This document shows positions 28,099 to 37,700 of a stretch of 50,617 nucleotides of DNA, piece after piece. Source of the DNA: Fibrobacterales bacterium (GTDB lineage Bacteria; Fibrobacterota; Fibrobacteria; Fibrobacterales; JAOPTW01); assembly GCA_051532055.1 (NCBI GenBank), contig JAOPTX010000049.1, forward strand, positions 38,664 through 89,280. The letters run 5' to 3'. Each line of letters begins with the position of its first letter. The first letter of the stretch is position 1. The position numbers and the translations under genes were made by a program. The notes under the pieces were generated by a model, which saw nothing but the letters and a program-made list of their open reading frames with translations, was not told the DNA's origin and did no database searches.

Positions 28099-28761
28099 AT
28101 GGAAGAATCGTCAAAAAGAGTGATTTGCGCTGCAACAATAAAAGAATTGTCGGCGGTCTTACCGTCACACGGGGATGAAGAACTTCTACAGTGTTCAGGT
28201 GAACTTATAGTAGGGGATACCTTATTTGCAATCACTGGTATTGGTGCTGTTGAAACAGTACTCAGCTTAAGTATGCTTTGTCAAGAACACTCAATTACCG
28301 AAATTATTCAAGTGGGAATTGCGGGGGCGTATCCTGATTCAGGATTATCTATTGGTGAAGTGGTGGTTGTGGAACGTGACTGTTTTGGCGATCTCGGTGC
28401 TGAGTCTCAAAAGGGTTTTCTCTCACTGTCTCAGATGGGATTACAAGACGATCAGTTCTACGAGGCTGATAGTGAACTTCTTTTGAAATATAGTCATAAA
28501 GCTATTAAGACCGTGAAAGGGGTGACCGTTCATTGTTGCACCGGAACCGAACAGACCGGTCTTGACCGTCAAAATATGTGGAATGGAGCGATTGAATCTA
28601 TGGAAGGGGCTGCGTGCTATATGTTTGCAGAACGCTTTGCGCTCCCTGCACTTCAAATACGTGCCATTTCAAATCGGGCCACAACCCGGGATCTTTCTTC
28701 TTGGGATATTGATGGCGCACTGACTGCACTGGGAGAGGTATTTCAGACCTATGTTGCATAA
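28099..28761 (+). CDS. mqnB: Futalosine hydrolase
   Basis: PNP/UDP-fold motifs TGIG, GIAGAY, DLGAES, ESMEGAA, IRAISN..RD...WDI; overlaps mqnD. Confidence 0.88.
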   Translation: MEESSKRVICAATIKELSAVLPSHGDEELLQCSGELIVGDTLFAITGIGAVETVLSLSMLCQEHSITEIIQVGIAGAYPDSGLSIGEVVVVERDCFGDLGAESQKGFLSLSQMGLQDDQFYEADSELLLKYSHKAIKTVKGVTVHCCTGTEQTGLDRQNMWNGAIESMEGAACYMFAERFALPALQIRAISNRATTRDLSSWDIDGALTALGEVFQTYVA

Positions 28762-29590
28762 AAAAATTACTTTAGGTATCTCTCCATGCCCGAATGATAC
28801 GTTTATATTTGAGGCTTTGATCAATAATCGACTTAAAGGGTGTCCTTATACCTTTGACGTGGTATTTCATGATGTTCAAACACTAAATGAAAAAGCAAGG
28901 TGTGGTGAAATTGACCTTTTAAAATTTTCATATGGCGCTCTCCCTTCAGTAATGAATCACTATAAACTTCTTTATTCTGGTGGGGCTATGGGCTATGGTT
29001 GTGGTCCACTTCTTTTGAAAGGGAGTGATACACCATTTGATCCTAATATACCGGTAATCCTTCCGGGGAAAGAGACGACAGCGGCTGCTTTGTTTCATTT
29101 CTGGTATAGTGCCAATTATACGATAGCACCACTCATTGAATATGAGTTTTTTGATATCCTTTACAAGAAACTTTTGACTCACAGGCAGCAACAGGGAGTT
29201 GTTATTCATGAAAGTCGCTTTACGTATGAGAATGATGGCTTGAGCCAATTGGTTGACCTGGGAGCATTTTGGGAGGAATCGACCAAACTTCCCATTCCAT
29301 TGGGTGGGATAGCCCTTAAAAAAGAGCTGATATCTGAAGCTCAAGAGATTGACCACTGGATAGTGAAAAGCATTCTCTATGCAGAGGCAAAGCTGGGTGT
29401 TGCTAATGCCTTTATAAGGGACAAAGCACAAATTGATGATCAGGCTGTTGTAGATGCGCACATTGCAACGTATGTAAATGACTTTTCTAAGAGTATTGTA
29501 GGGGAGGGGGAGGCTGCAATAAATAGACTGCTTTCTTTATTGAGCCCCAATGAACGTATCACATTTGAGAATGTAATCGCCTATACTTAA
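28751..29590 (+). CDS. mqnD: 1,4-dihydroxy-6-naphthoate synthase
   Basis: SPCPNDTFIF, DVQTLN, GGAMGYGCGPLL, IHESRFTY, DLGAFWE...LPIPLGGI, HIATYVNDFS. Confidence 0.96.
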   Translation: MLHKKITLGISPCPNDTFIFEALINNRLKGCPYTFDVVFHDVQTLNEKARCGEIDLLKFSYGALPSVMNHYKLLYSGGAMGYGCGPLLLKGSDTPFDPNIPVILPGKETTAAALFHFWYSANYTIAPLIEYEFFDILYKKLLTHRQQQGVVIHESRFTYENDGLSQLVDLGAFWEESTKLPIPLGGIALKKELISEAQEIDHWIVKSILYAEAKLGVANAFIRDKAQIDDQAVVDAHIATYVNDFSKSIVGEGEAAINRLLSLLSPNERITFENVIAYT

Positions 29591-29712
29591 GATGGGTCAT
29601 AGGGGTAGGGAACTGCAAATAAGGCCTTAACCTTGTAAAAAAAATCTTTACGTCATAATAAATTGCGGTAGAGACAGCTATATTTATTCAAAATTATTCC
29701 TTCGAGTAACAA

Positions 29713-30081
29713 ATGGTCATTCTTCTCACAGTTGTCTCACTTCTTGCTTTCATATTAATACTCATTTTGACCTTTACCTATGTGGTAACATATGGTTCAA
29801 ATACTGCGACAGCAGAAGAGTATTATGCCGAAATGGAACGAGACTCCATTGATGATTTTATTGAAGATCATGAGCGTTTTGCAAAAGAGTCACATAACAA
29901 CCCTTTCATTACAGAAATTCCTGAGCTTGATCGTGATAATCTCATTGAGTTTATGGAGAAAGAGGTTCAGCAAAAGAAAAAAGAAGCGTCAGAGAAGGCA
30001 GAAGTTGCTTCACGGACCATGCTTTTTTCTGAACAGATCGAAGAGATTCTTGCTGAAGAAGAAGAAGGTGTCGCGGGTTAA
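29713..30081 (+). CDS. Hypothetical membrane-anchored acidic protein
   Basis: N-terminal TM helix followed by a Glu-rich helical region. Confidence 0.7.
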   Translation: MVILLTVVSLLAFILILILTFTYVVTYGSNTATAEEYYAEMERDSIDDFIEDHERFAKESHNNPFITEIPELDRDNLIEFMEKEVQQKKKEASEKAEVASRTMLFSEQIEEILAEEEEGVAG

Positions 30082-30221
30082 TATCCCTTTTTTTCTCTAA
30101 TCGGGGCAATTCTTTCCTCCACAACACCTCATTTTATCGGTAAAAAGTGCCTATCGGCATTTTGCTAATGAGACATTAGCCCTTTTTTCGCCCTAAACAT
30201 CAATTTTTGCTTTAAGTTTTT

Positions 30222-30238
30222 TTGGCATAGTGCTTGCT
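30222..30238 (+). promoter_or_regulatory. Sigma54 (RpoN) -24/-12 promoter of flgFGAHI
   Basis: TTGGCATAGTGCTTGCT: GG(30224-25)-N10-GC(30236-37), matching TGGCAC-N5-TTGC. Confidence 0.9.
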
Positions 30239-30269
30239 TTTAACGTAAGTGTTAGACTTCGAGGAAAAA

Positions 30270-31001
30270 ATGGTTAATGGACTCTTTACAGCATCGAGAA
30301 GTATGTCAATCTTGCAAAACAAGGTAGACACGGTTTCGCACAATTTAGCGAATGCAAACTCTACTGGCTTTAAAAAGTCATTTCTCATCAATGCATCACA
30401 GGTTGACCTTAAACGCAATGATGAATATCTCCTCCATCAAGATGAGGACTCTAAATTGGTTGAAAGCTATGTTGATCATGAGCAAGGTAATTTTATCCAC
30501 ACTCAAGACCCCTTTGACCTTGCTATTAAAGATAAAGGTTTTTTTACAGTAGAGACTGCTCAAGGCACTCGATATACTCGGAATGGTGCATTTACAAGAA
30601 ATGCACTGGGTAACCTTGTAACTCTTAATGGTGATAAAGTTCTCAGTAGATCAAATGATCCAATTCACTTGGGGCAAGGGACCATGGTTATTGACCCTGC
30701 TGGTAAAGTATATATCAATGAGAAAGAGGTCGCTGAGCTTAAAATTGTTGAATTTGAAAATAGGCAAGGTCTTACCCGAGAGGGAAACTCTTATTTTACT
30801 CTAGAAGACCCCGATGTACAGGAAAAGCTTATAGAACATCCGGATATTCTACAAGGGGTCCTCGAAGGGTCAAATGTGAATGTCGTTGATAGTATGGTGG
30901 CTATGATTCGTCATCAAAGACAATATGAAACCAATAAAACCAGTATTACTTCAATTGATTCTACACTCGATAAAGCGGTAAATCAAGTGGGCAAAGTTTA
31001 A
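30270..31001 (+). CDS. flgF: Flagellar basal-body rod protein FlgF
   Basis: NLANANSTGFKK, DLAI..KGFFTV, RYTRNGAF, LEGSNVNVV; precedes flgG; start at ATG 30270 after GAGG. Confidence 0.9.
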   Translation: MVNGLFTASRSMSILQNKVDTVSHNLANANSTGFKKSFLINASQVDLKRNDEYLLHQDEDSKLVESYVDHEQGNFIHTQDPFDLAIKDKGFFTVETAQGTRYTRNGAFTRNALGNLVTLNGDKVLSRSNDPIHLGQGTMVIDPAGKVYINEKEVAELKIVEFENRQGLTREGNSYFTLEDPDVQEKLIEHPDILQGVLEGSNVNVVDSMVAMIRHQRQYETNKTSITSIDSTLDKAVNQVGKV

Positions 31002-31021
31002 GGTAACCAAGGGAATTTAGT

Positions 31022-31813
31022 ATGATACGATCACTCTATACAGCGGCTTCTGGAATGAAAGCAAATCAGCTCTATGTAGATAACATTGCCAATAATCTTG
31101 CCAATGTTAATACTACAGGGTTCAAAAAGTCAAAGCTTGAATTTGAAGATCTGGTATATCAAAATATCATTAGCCCTGGTGGAGAAACTTCAGATGGTCT
31201 TAAAAAACCAACGAGTTTACAGGTGGGGCTTGGGGTACGTAGTGTGGCAAATAAAAAGTTGTTTATTCAAGGTGCACTCGCTAACACCGGTAATCCAACT
31301 GACTTAGCGATACAGGGAGAAGGGTTTTTCCAGATTCGTATGCCCAATGGTGACATTGGTTACTCACGAACGGGGGCCTTTTCAGTAACCAGTGATGGAT
31401 ATTTAACTAATGCTGATGGGTATCTCGTTGAACCGTCAATTAATATTCCTACGGAAGCGAATGGTATTTTTACAATCACCAAAGAGGGTCAGGTGACTGT
31501 TTCAGTTGACGATTCTGGTGTCGATGAAGAGATTGGTCAAATGGAACTTGCAAAATTTGTGAATCCTGGAGGGCTTGAAGCTCTTGGGGGTAACCTTTAT
31601 AGAGCTACTGATGCATCAGGACCTGCACTTATTGGTAATCCTGGTGAAAATGAAATGGGAATGGTTCGCCAACAATGGCTCGAGGGATCAAATGTACAAT
31701 TGGTCGAAGAGATGGTTGATATGATCAAGGCACAGCGGGCCTATGAAATTAGTTCGAAGTCAATTCAAACTGCCGATACAATGCTTCAAACAGCAAATCA
31801 ACTGAAACGGTAA
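31022..31813 (+). CDS. flgG: Flagellar distal rod protein FlgG
   Basis: MIRSLYTAASGM, ANNLANVNTTGFKKS, QVGLGV, LEGSNV..VEEMV.MI.AQRAYE. Confidence 0.97.
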   Translation: MIRSLYTAASGMKANQLYVDNIANNLANVNTTGFKKSKLEFEDLVYQNIISPGGETSDGLKKPTSLQVGLGVRSVANKKLFIQGALANTGNPTDLAIQGEGFFQIRMPNGDIGYSRTGAFSVTSDGYLTNADGYLVEPSINIPTEANGIFTITKEGQVTVSVDDSGVDEEIGQMELAKFVNPGGLEALGGNLYRATDASGPALIGNPGENEMGMVRQQWLEGSNVQLVEEMVDMIKAQRAYEISSKSIQTADTMLQTANQLKR

Positions 31814-31816
31814 TAT

Positions 31817-32767
31817 ATGAACAAGCTTTGTAGTGCGCTTCTTTTTGTACTTCTTATTTCAGTAGTGACTGAAGCAGAGGTGACTATTCGATTTCAGGAT
31901 CGGGTAATTGTTGATGGCACTACAATCATGCTCACTGATATTGCAGAAATAACGGGCGATGCTATACAGGTTGAACAACTCGCGACTGTTGAAGTGGGCA
32001 CTAATGGTAAACCGGGTCGAGTATCCACGATGAGAACAGGTACTATCAAACAATTTTTTATTAATCCTGTGGTTCCTCTAAATGAAATTCATTTTTATAA
32101 TGAAGGATCGGTTGTGGTAGAGCGTGAGGCTGACTATTTGAGCAGTGCCTTTTTAGAAGATACCCTGAAAGCATTTATCGAGAAAAAATATAAAGCGAAC
32201 ACACTCTATGAAGTGACGTTTCAGGCTATTCCTAAAACAACTGCAGTGCCTAAGGCAGACTGGTACCTAAAGATAGATACCGGTGAGCGTTTTGATGTTA
32301 GGGGTCGAGAACTTCTCTACCTTGAAATTATACACAAAGGTGCAATTCATAAGCGTATTCGGGTTAAAGCTACTATTGCGGTATTTGAAGATGTTGTTTT
32401 TGCGACACATTTTATTAAACGAGGCTCTTCGGTCTCCGTAGCAGATTTAGAGTTACGTAATGTGGAGACGACTCATATTAATAGACCCCTCGTGCACTCA
32501 TTCGATGAAGTGGTAGGCAAAACAATGAAGCGGAGTCTTAATCGTGAAAGAATGATGTATTATAGTTTTATTGATGAACCGTTCTTGGTTAAGCGCGGTG
32601 TAAAAACCCGGCTTAAAACAAGATTAGGTACCGGAGTCATATATACAACAGCGATAGCGAGAGAAAATGGACGGAGCGGCGATGTGGTTCGCGTTCAAAA
32701 TGTAAAATCAAAAAAAATGATTCGCGGCACCGTTGGCGACGATGGATCTGTTTGGGTTTTGAATTAG
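31817..32767 (+). CDS. flgA: Flagellar P-ring chaperone FlgA
   Basis: Signal peptide, SAF-like region, LVKRG...ARENG..GDVVRVQN..SKK; position between flgG and flgH. Confidence 0.9.
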   Translation: MNKLCSALLFVLLISVVTEAEVTIRFQDRVIVDGTTIMLTDIAEITGDAIQVEQLATVEVGTNGKPGRVSTMRTGTIKQFFINPVVPLNEIHFYNEGSVVVEREADYLSSAFLEDTLKAFIEKKYKANTLYEVTFQAIPKTTAVPKADWYLKIDTGERFDVRGRELLYLEIIHKGAIHKRIRVKATIAVFEDVVFATHFIKRGSSVSVADLELRNVETTHINRPLVHSFDEVVGKTMKRSLNRERMMYYSFIDEPFLVKRGVKTRLKTRLGTGVIYTTAIARENGRSGDVVRVQNVKSKKMIRGTVGDDGSVWVLN

Positions 32768-32777
32768 GGAGGAACAG

Positions 32778-33344
32778 ATGGGTAAAATTTTACTGATTGT
32801 AACACTGCTCATGGTACAGGGATTTGCCAATCGAAATAATTGGTCATTATCACTGTATAGTGATAAAAAAGGGAAACGCGTTGGTGATGTAGTCACAGTG
32901 GTCATTATTGAAAATGCTCAGGCAAGTAATGATACACGAACCAGTGCCGATGAATCCAATGAACTCAATCTTGATAATAGAGTGGGATCAGGAATTCTCG
33001 ATTTTATTCCGGGGTTTGGGTTTGAACATGAAACAGGCTCTAAGTATGATGGTAAAGGGGAGACCTCACGTCAAGGTGAATTAAAGGCGACTCTTTCTAC
33101 CAAAATTACAGAAGTACTTGATAATGGAAATTTGCTCATAGAAGGGGCAAAGAAGGTGACGATAAATAGTGAAACAGAGACTATTCAACTTTCAGGTATT
33201 ATTAGACCAGAAGACATCACCTCTGATAATTTTATTTATTCAAATAAAATTGCCGATGCGGAAATTAGTTATTCAGGTGAAGGGGTTAATCAGGATGCAT
33301 CAGAGCCTGGAGTAATTTCACGCCTATTCAACTGGTTATTTTAA
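32778..33344 (+). CDS. flgH: Flagellar L-ring protein FlgH
   Basis: SLYSD.K...VGDVVTV.I.E, VLDNGNLLIEG.K, SGIIRPEDI, IADAEISYSG. Confidence 0.96.
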   Translation: MGKILLIVTLLMVQGFANRNNWSLSLYSDKKGKRVGDVVTVVIIENAQASNDTRTSADESNELNLDNRVGSGILDFIPGFGFEHETGSKYDGKGETSRQGELKATLSTKITEVLDNGNLLIEGAKKVTINSETETIQLSGIIRPEDITSDNFIYSNKIADAEISYSGEGVNQDASEPGVISRLFNWLF

Positions 33345-33362
33345 AGGATTAAGGAGTATACA

Positions 33363-34454
33363 ATGAAAGGTATTAAAGGATTATTAGTAGGACTCTGTTG
33401 TGTATCAGCACTTCATGCGGCACGTATAAAAGATGTGGCACAGATAAATGGTCTTGAGGCTACACAGCTTGTGGGATACGGACTGGTTGTTGGTTTAGAT
33501 GGTACGGGCGATGGATCGCGTTCATCATTTACCATAAAGTCTGTGGTTAATATGCTTCGTAATCTTGGTGTCGAGGTGCCGGATGAAACTCTGCGGCTCA
33601 GAAATGTTGCTGCAGTAATGGTGACTTCTGAATTAGAACCTTTTATGAAGCGGGGGCTAAAAATTGATGTTACTCTTTCATCAATGGGTGATGCTCGCTC
33701 ACTTGAAGGGGGAACTTTACTGATGACTCCACTCCAAGGTCCGAACAGAAACGTATACGCCTTAGCACAAGGAGCGGTGAGTGTCGGGGGATTATCAGTG
33801 AGGGATTCTAAAAACAGACGTAGACTTGCACGAAATCACGTCCTGGCTGCACGTATTTCGGGAGGGGCAATTATTAAAGTAGAGCCCCCTGTGGCAAATC
33901 TAAATAAAAGTGCACTTCAGTGGTCACTCAGTGCTCCTGATTTCTCTTCTGCAGTAGCAATGACTGCAGCTCTTAATAGAACCTTTAATGGGGCGGCTAA
34001 GACAATTGACGCGGCAACTGTTGAAATATCAGTTCCCAAGAATTTCCGTGATAATGTTATGGGCTTTATCGCTCAGGCTGAAAATGTGACATTCTCAATT
34101 TCGGCAAAAGCAAAGGTTATTCTCAACGAAAAAACGGGTACCATTGTTGCCGGTGCAAATGTGCAAATTTCAACAATAGCTGTTTCTCATGCAAATATCA
34201 ATATTAATATTCGGGCAACTGAGCAGGTATCACAGCCTAATGCCCTCACACAAGGTAAAACCACCAGTATTATTCAAGAAAAGACTCAATTACAGGAAGA
34301 TAAGTATGAGATGAAAGTTCTCGATGCGGTAAGTAATGTCGGTGAACTTGCTACTGCACTCAACTCTCTTGGGGTCACACCTCGTGATGTGATTGCCATC
34401 TTTCAGTCTATCAAAAAAGCTGGTGCGCTCCATGCTGAACTGGTAATTATGTAA
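33363..34454 (+). CDS. flgI: Flagellar P-ring protein FlgI
   Basis: ARIKD, LVGYGLVVGLDGTGD, NVAAVMVT, GDARSLEGGTLLMTPL, KAGALHAELVIM. Confidence 0.97.
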   Translation: MKGIKGLLVGLCCVSALHAARIKDVAQINGLEATQLVGYGLVVGLDGTGDGSRSSFTIKSVVNMLRNLGVEVPDETLRLRNVAAVMVTSELEPFMKRGLKIDVTLSSMGDARSLEGGTLLMTPLQGPNRNVYALAQGAVSVGGLSVRDSKNRRRLARNHVLAARISGGAIIKVEPPVANLNKSALQWSLSAPDFSSAVAMTAALNRTFNGAAKTIDAATVEISVPKNFRDNVMGFIAQAENVTFSISAKAKVILNEKTGTIVAGANVQISTIAVSHANININIRATEQVSQPNALTQGKTTSIIQEKTQLQEDKYEMKVLDAVSNVGELATALNSLGVTPRDVIAIFQSIKKAGALHAELVIM

Positions 34455-34465
34455 CACTGTTTACA

Positions 34466-34509
34466 AATACAAAAAGAGCCCGATCTATTGATCGGGCTCT
34501 TTTTGTATT
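34466..34509 (+). terminator. Rho-independent terminator of the flg operon
   Basis: AATACAAAAAGAGCCCGATC-TATT-GATCGGGCTCTTTTTGTATT, a 20-bp perfect inverted repeat. Confidence 0.92.
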
Positions 34510-34724
34510 GAGTGATAGGTGCTCAGTTGTTGTGCGAAAACCGTATAGGTTCCATAAAGATCAGTCTAATTATTAGAGCCAAGTATAATCCTGTCCATAA
34601 AAGTCTAAAGGGTGTCTTAAAGAATGAGATGTGCTCTAGGGTACCTTAAGAGTAGTGTGTGACCGGTGCATGAGAATTAATCTATATCAGGTAATCACGC
34701 TAATGTAAATTGGAGGAAGGGCAC

Positions 34725-34752
34725 AAAAAAAGGCAGGGGAGAACCCTGCCTT
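34725..34752 (-). terminator. Rho-independent terminator of the giant protease gene
   Basis: AAGGCAGGG-GAGAA-CCCTGCCTT with an A7 tract on the left. Confidence 0.85.
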
Positions 34753-34776
34753 AAATATTCGATGATACTCTGACGG

Positions 34777-37700
34777 TTATGGAAGCTCTATAAGCTCAAT
34801 ATTGTCGAGAGTTATATCATTTCCATAGGTACCAACATTGAATACGATACGTGCATTGGCATCATTGGCTGGCATTACAAATGGGTATTCATAGGTTGTC
34901 ATAGTAGTTGTAAGGCTGGTTTTTGGTATTGAACCATAGTTGGTCCAAGGGTTAGTAGACTTTTCAACTTGTGCACTTATAGTGCGACTACCTGTAGCTT
35001 TTGCATCAAATCTGAAGATGTAGCTTTTACCTTGTTTTAGGTTAAATCCTTGTTGTTCAAACTGAATGTTCCAGTCAGCAGATCCACCATTTGAGATATC
35101 AAAGTAGGTTCGACCATTATTGATTGACCATGTTGCATATCCACCATAGAGTGAGAATTTCCAATCATTCTTGCCGTTACTGAAGTCACCATTTTTAACC
35201 ATTGAAGGAAGATTGGTAACGGTTACCGTGTTAGTTCCTACAACACCGTCGGCAGTAACTGTGATATTCCATGTTCCAGCTGCTGTAGCAGTAAAGGTAT
35301 TGCCACTGACAGTACCGCCGCCATTTACTGCGTACGTTACTGATGCAGGAGTGATAGCGTTACCAAATTGATCCACAGCAGAGTAGGTCAGTGCAATTGA
35401 TTGCCCTTGTTCGACCTCTTTGTGATCAACGGTTACAATATCTACACGAGGTAGTTCAATGACCGTTATATTAGTGGTAGCAGTAACTGCACCATCAGTT
35501 GCTCTTACCACATAGACTGAAGCAATAGCAGAAGTAAACAAACCATTTGTTGTAATTGATGCATCAGTAGAAGTTTCCCAAGTAGGAACTACTGGGTAGC
35601 CATTACCATATTGGTCTATACCAGTCACAGAAAACTGCTGAGTTTCATTTGCATTGATAAAACTATTTTGTGGAGTAATAGTTATTTCAAAGAGGGTAGG
35701 TGCCGCGAGTACTTCAATAGTTGCAAGTCCACTCACAGAGCCATCAGCTGCAGTGACAGTGAAGATACCCGCTTGGCTTGGAATAAAGAGCCCACCGTTA
35801 ACCACTGCCCCACTGTTAGTTGACCATGTTGCAGCAACCGGAAAAGTATTTCCATACTGGTCTTCACCAGCAGCACTGAATTGTAGCGATTCACCGACCT
35901 TGATTATTTGGTTATTAGGTGTAACATCAATGGAATGTAATGCGGGTGCTGCAGTTACTTCAATAGTTGCAAACCCACTGACAGAACCATCAGCTGCAGT
36001 TACAGTGTAGATACCCGCTTGGCTTGGAATAAAGAGTCCGCCGTTAACTACCGCTCCGCTATTTGTTGACCATGCAGCTGTAATCGGAAAAGTATTTCCA
36101 TATTGATCTTCACCAGCAGCACTGAATTGTAGTGACTCACCAACCATAATTATTTGGTTATTAGGTGTAACATCAATGGAATGTAATGCAGGAGCCGCAA
36201 GAACTTCAATACTTGCAAAATTACTTACAGAACCATCAGTTGCGGTGACTACGTAAATACCCGCTTGACTTGGTATAAAAAGTCCAGTATTAACCACTGC
36301 GCCACTTGTTGTAGACCATGTCGCTGCAACTGGGAAAGTATTTCCATATTGATCTTCACCAGTAGCACTGAATTGTAGCGACTCACCAACCATAATTATT
36401 TGGTTATTAGGTGTAACATCAATAGAATGTAATGCAGGAGCCGCAAGAACTTCAATACTTGCAAAATTACTTACAGAACCATCAGTTGCGGTGACTACGT
36501 AAATACCCGCTTGGCTTGGAATAAAGAGTCCACCATTAACTGCCGCTCCACTCGCTGTAGACCAGATAGGGTTTGTAGCAATTGGGTCACCATACTGATC
36601 TTCACCCGTAGCACTAAACTGTAGTGATTCTCCAACCATAATTATCTGGTTGTTAGGAGTAACCATTATAGTGTTAAGAGCTGGTGCAGCGAGTACTGTA
36701 ATAGAAGTAGACCCTGTAATTGCACCATCAATTGCTTCAACGATATAGGTACCACCGATATTTGAGGTAAAGAGACCATTATTAATAGTAGCTCCTGTAC
36801 CGGTGCTCCATGTTGGATTCACTGGGAAGGCATCACCAAACTGATCGATACCTCTCACTGAAAACTGTTGAGTTTCTCCAGCCATGATTGTTGGGTTACT
36901 AGGGGTAACTGCTATTTCTGCGAGGCGAGGAGCTTCAGTAACCGTAATAAAGGTTGTTGCCTCTACAAGATTTGCACCCGTACCTTGAGTAGCTGTTACC
37001 GTATAAATACCGGCATCAGTTGCAGATAATGTACCATTAACGATAGTCGCAGAACCATTAACACTCCAAGTAGGGGTAACATCATAGTTATCACCATATT
37101 GGTCAAGTCCAGTAGCGAGGTATAGTTGGGTTTGACCCGCAACAATTGATACGTTTTTAGGAGTAAGGTCCATAGCAACGAGGTAAGGAGGATCACTGAT
37201 GTGGTCTACGCCGTATACTTCAAAGTTAAAGAGTGAATAACCCCATTGAGTGGTACGTTTTGTGCCACGCATGCGTACATAGCGGACATCTTGTTCATTA
37301 ATTGAAAAATTATCATTGCCACCATTACCATTTGTTACAGTATATGCAACTCTCCAGGTGCTTTTATCTGCTGATACCAGTATTTGATATTGAGCGGCAG
37401 CTGCTGTTTCCCATTTCAGTCTGACACTACTCAGGTCAAACTGGCCATTCAGGTCAATTTCGAGCCATTGTGGATCTGAAAATGATGAAGACCATCGTGA
37501 TGTGCTGTTACCGTCATTGGCATAACGAGCAGGGTATCCTGATTCTGTTGATGAAGCTGTTGCACTTTTATTAAGGGCAACATCAACAGGGACAGCATTC
37601 ACTCTCACTGTAGCTTGTGCGGTAACAGAACCTGAAGTAACCATTACTTTGGTATTTTGAGACGCTGCAGTGGCTACAAACCTACCAGAGGTGTTGATTG

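Noticed and set aside
28946..29461. Long antisense ORFs (this one, 4348-4821, 44918-45472, 37871-38233 and other short ORF-track entries)
   Set aside because: They lie opposite or inside well-supported genes and have no motifs; they are shadow ORFs.
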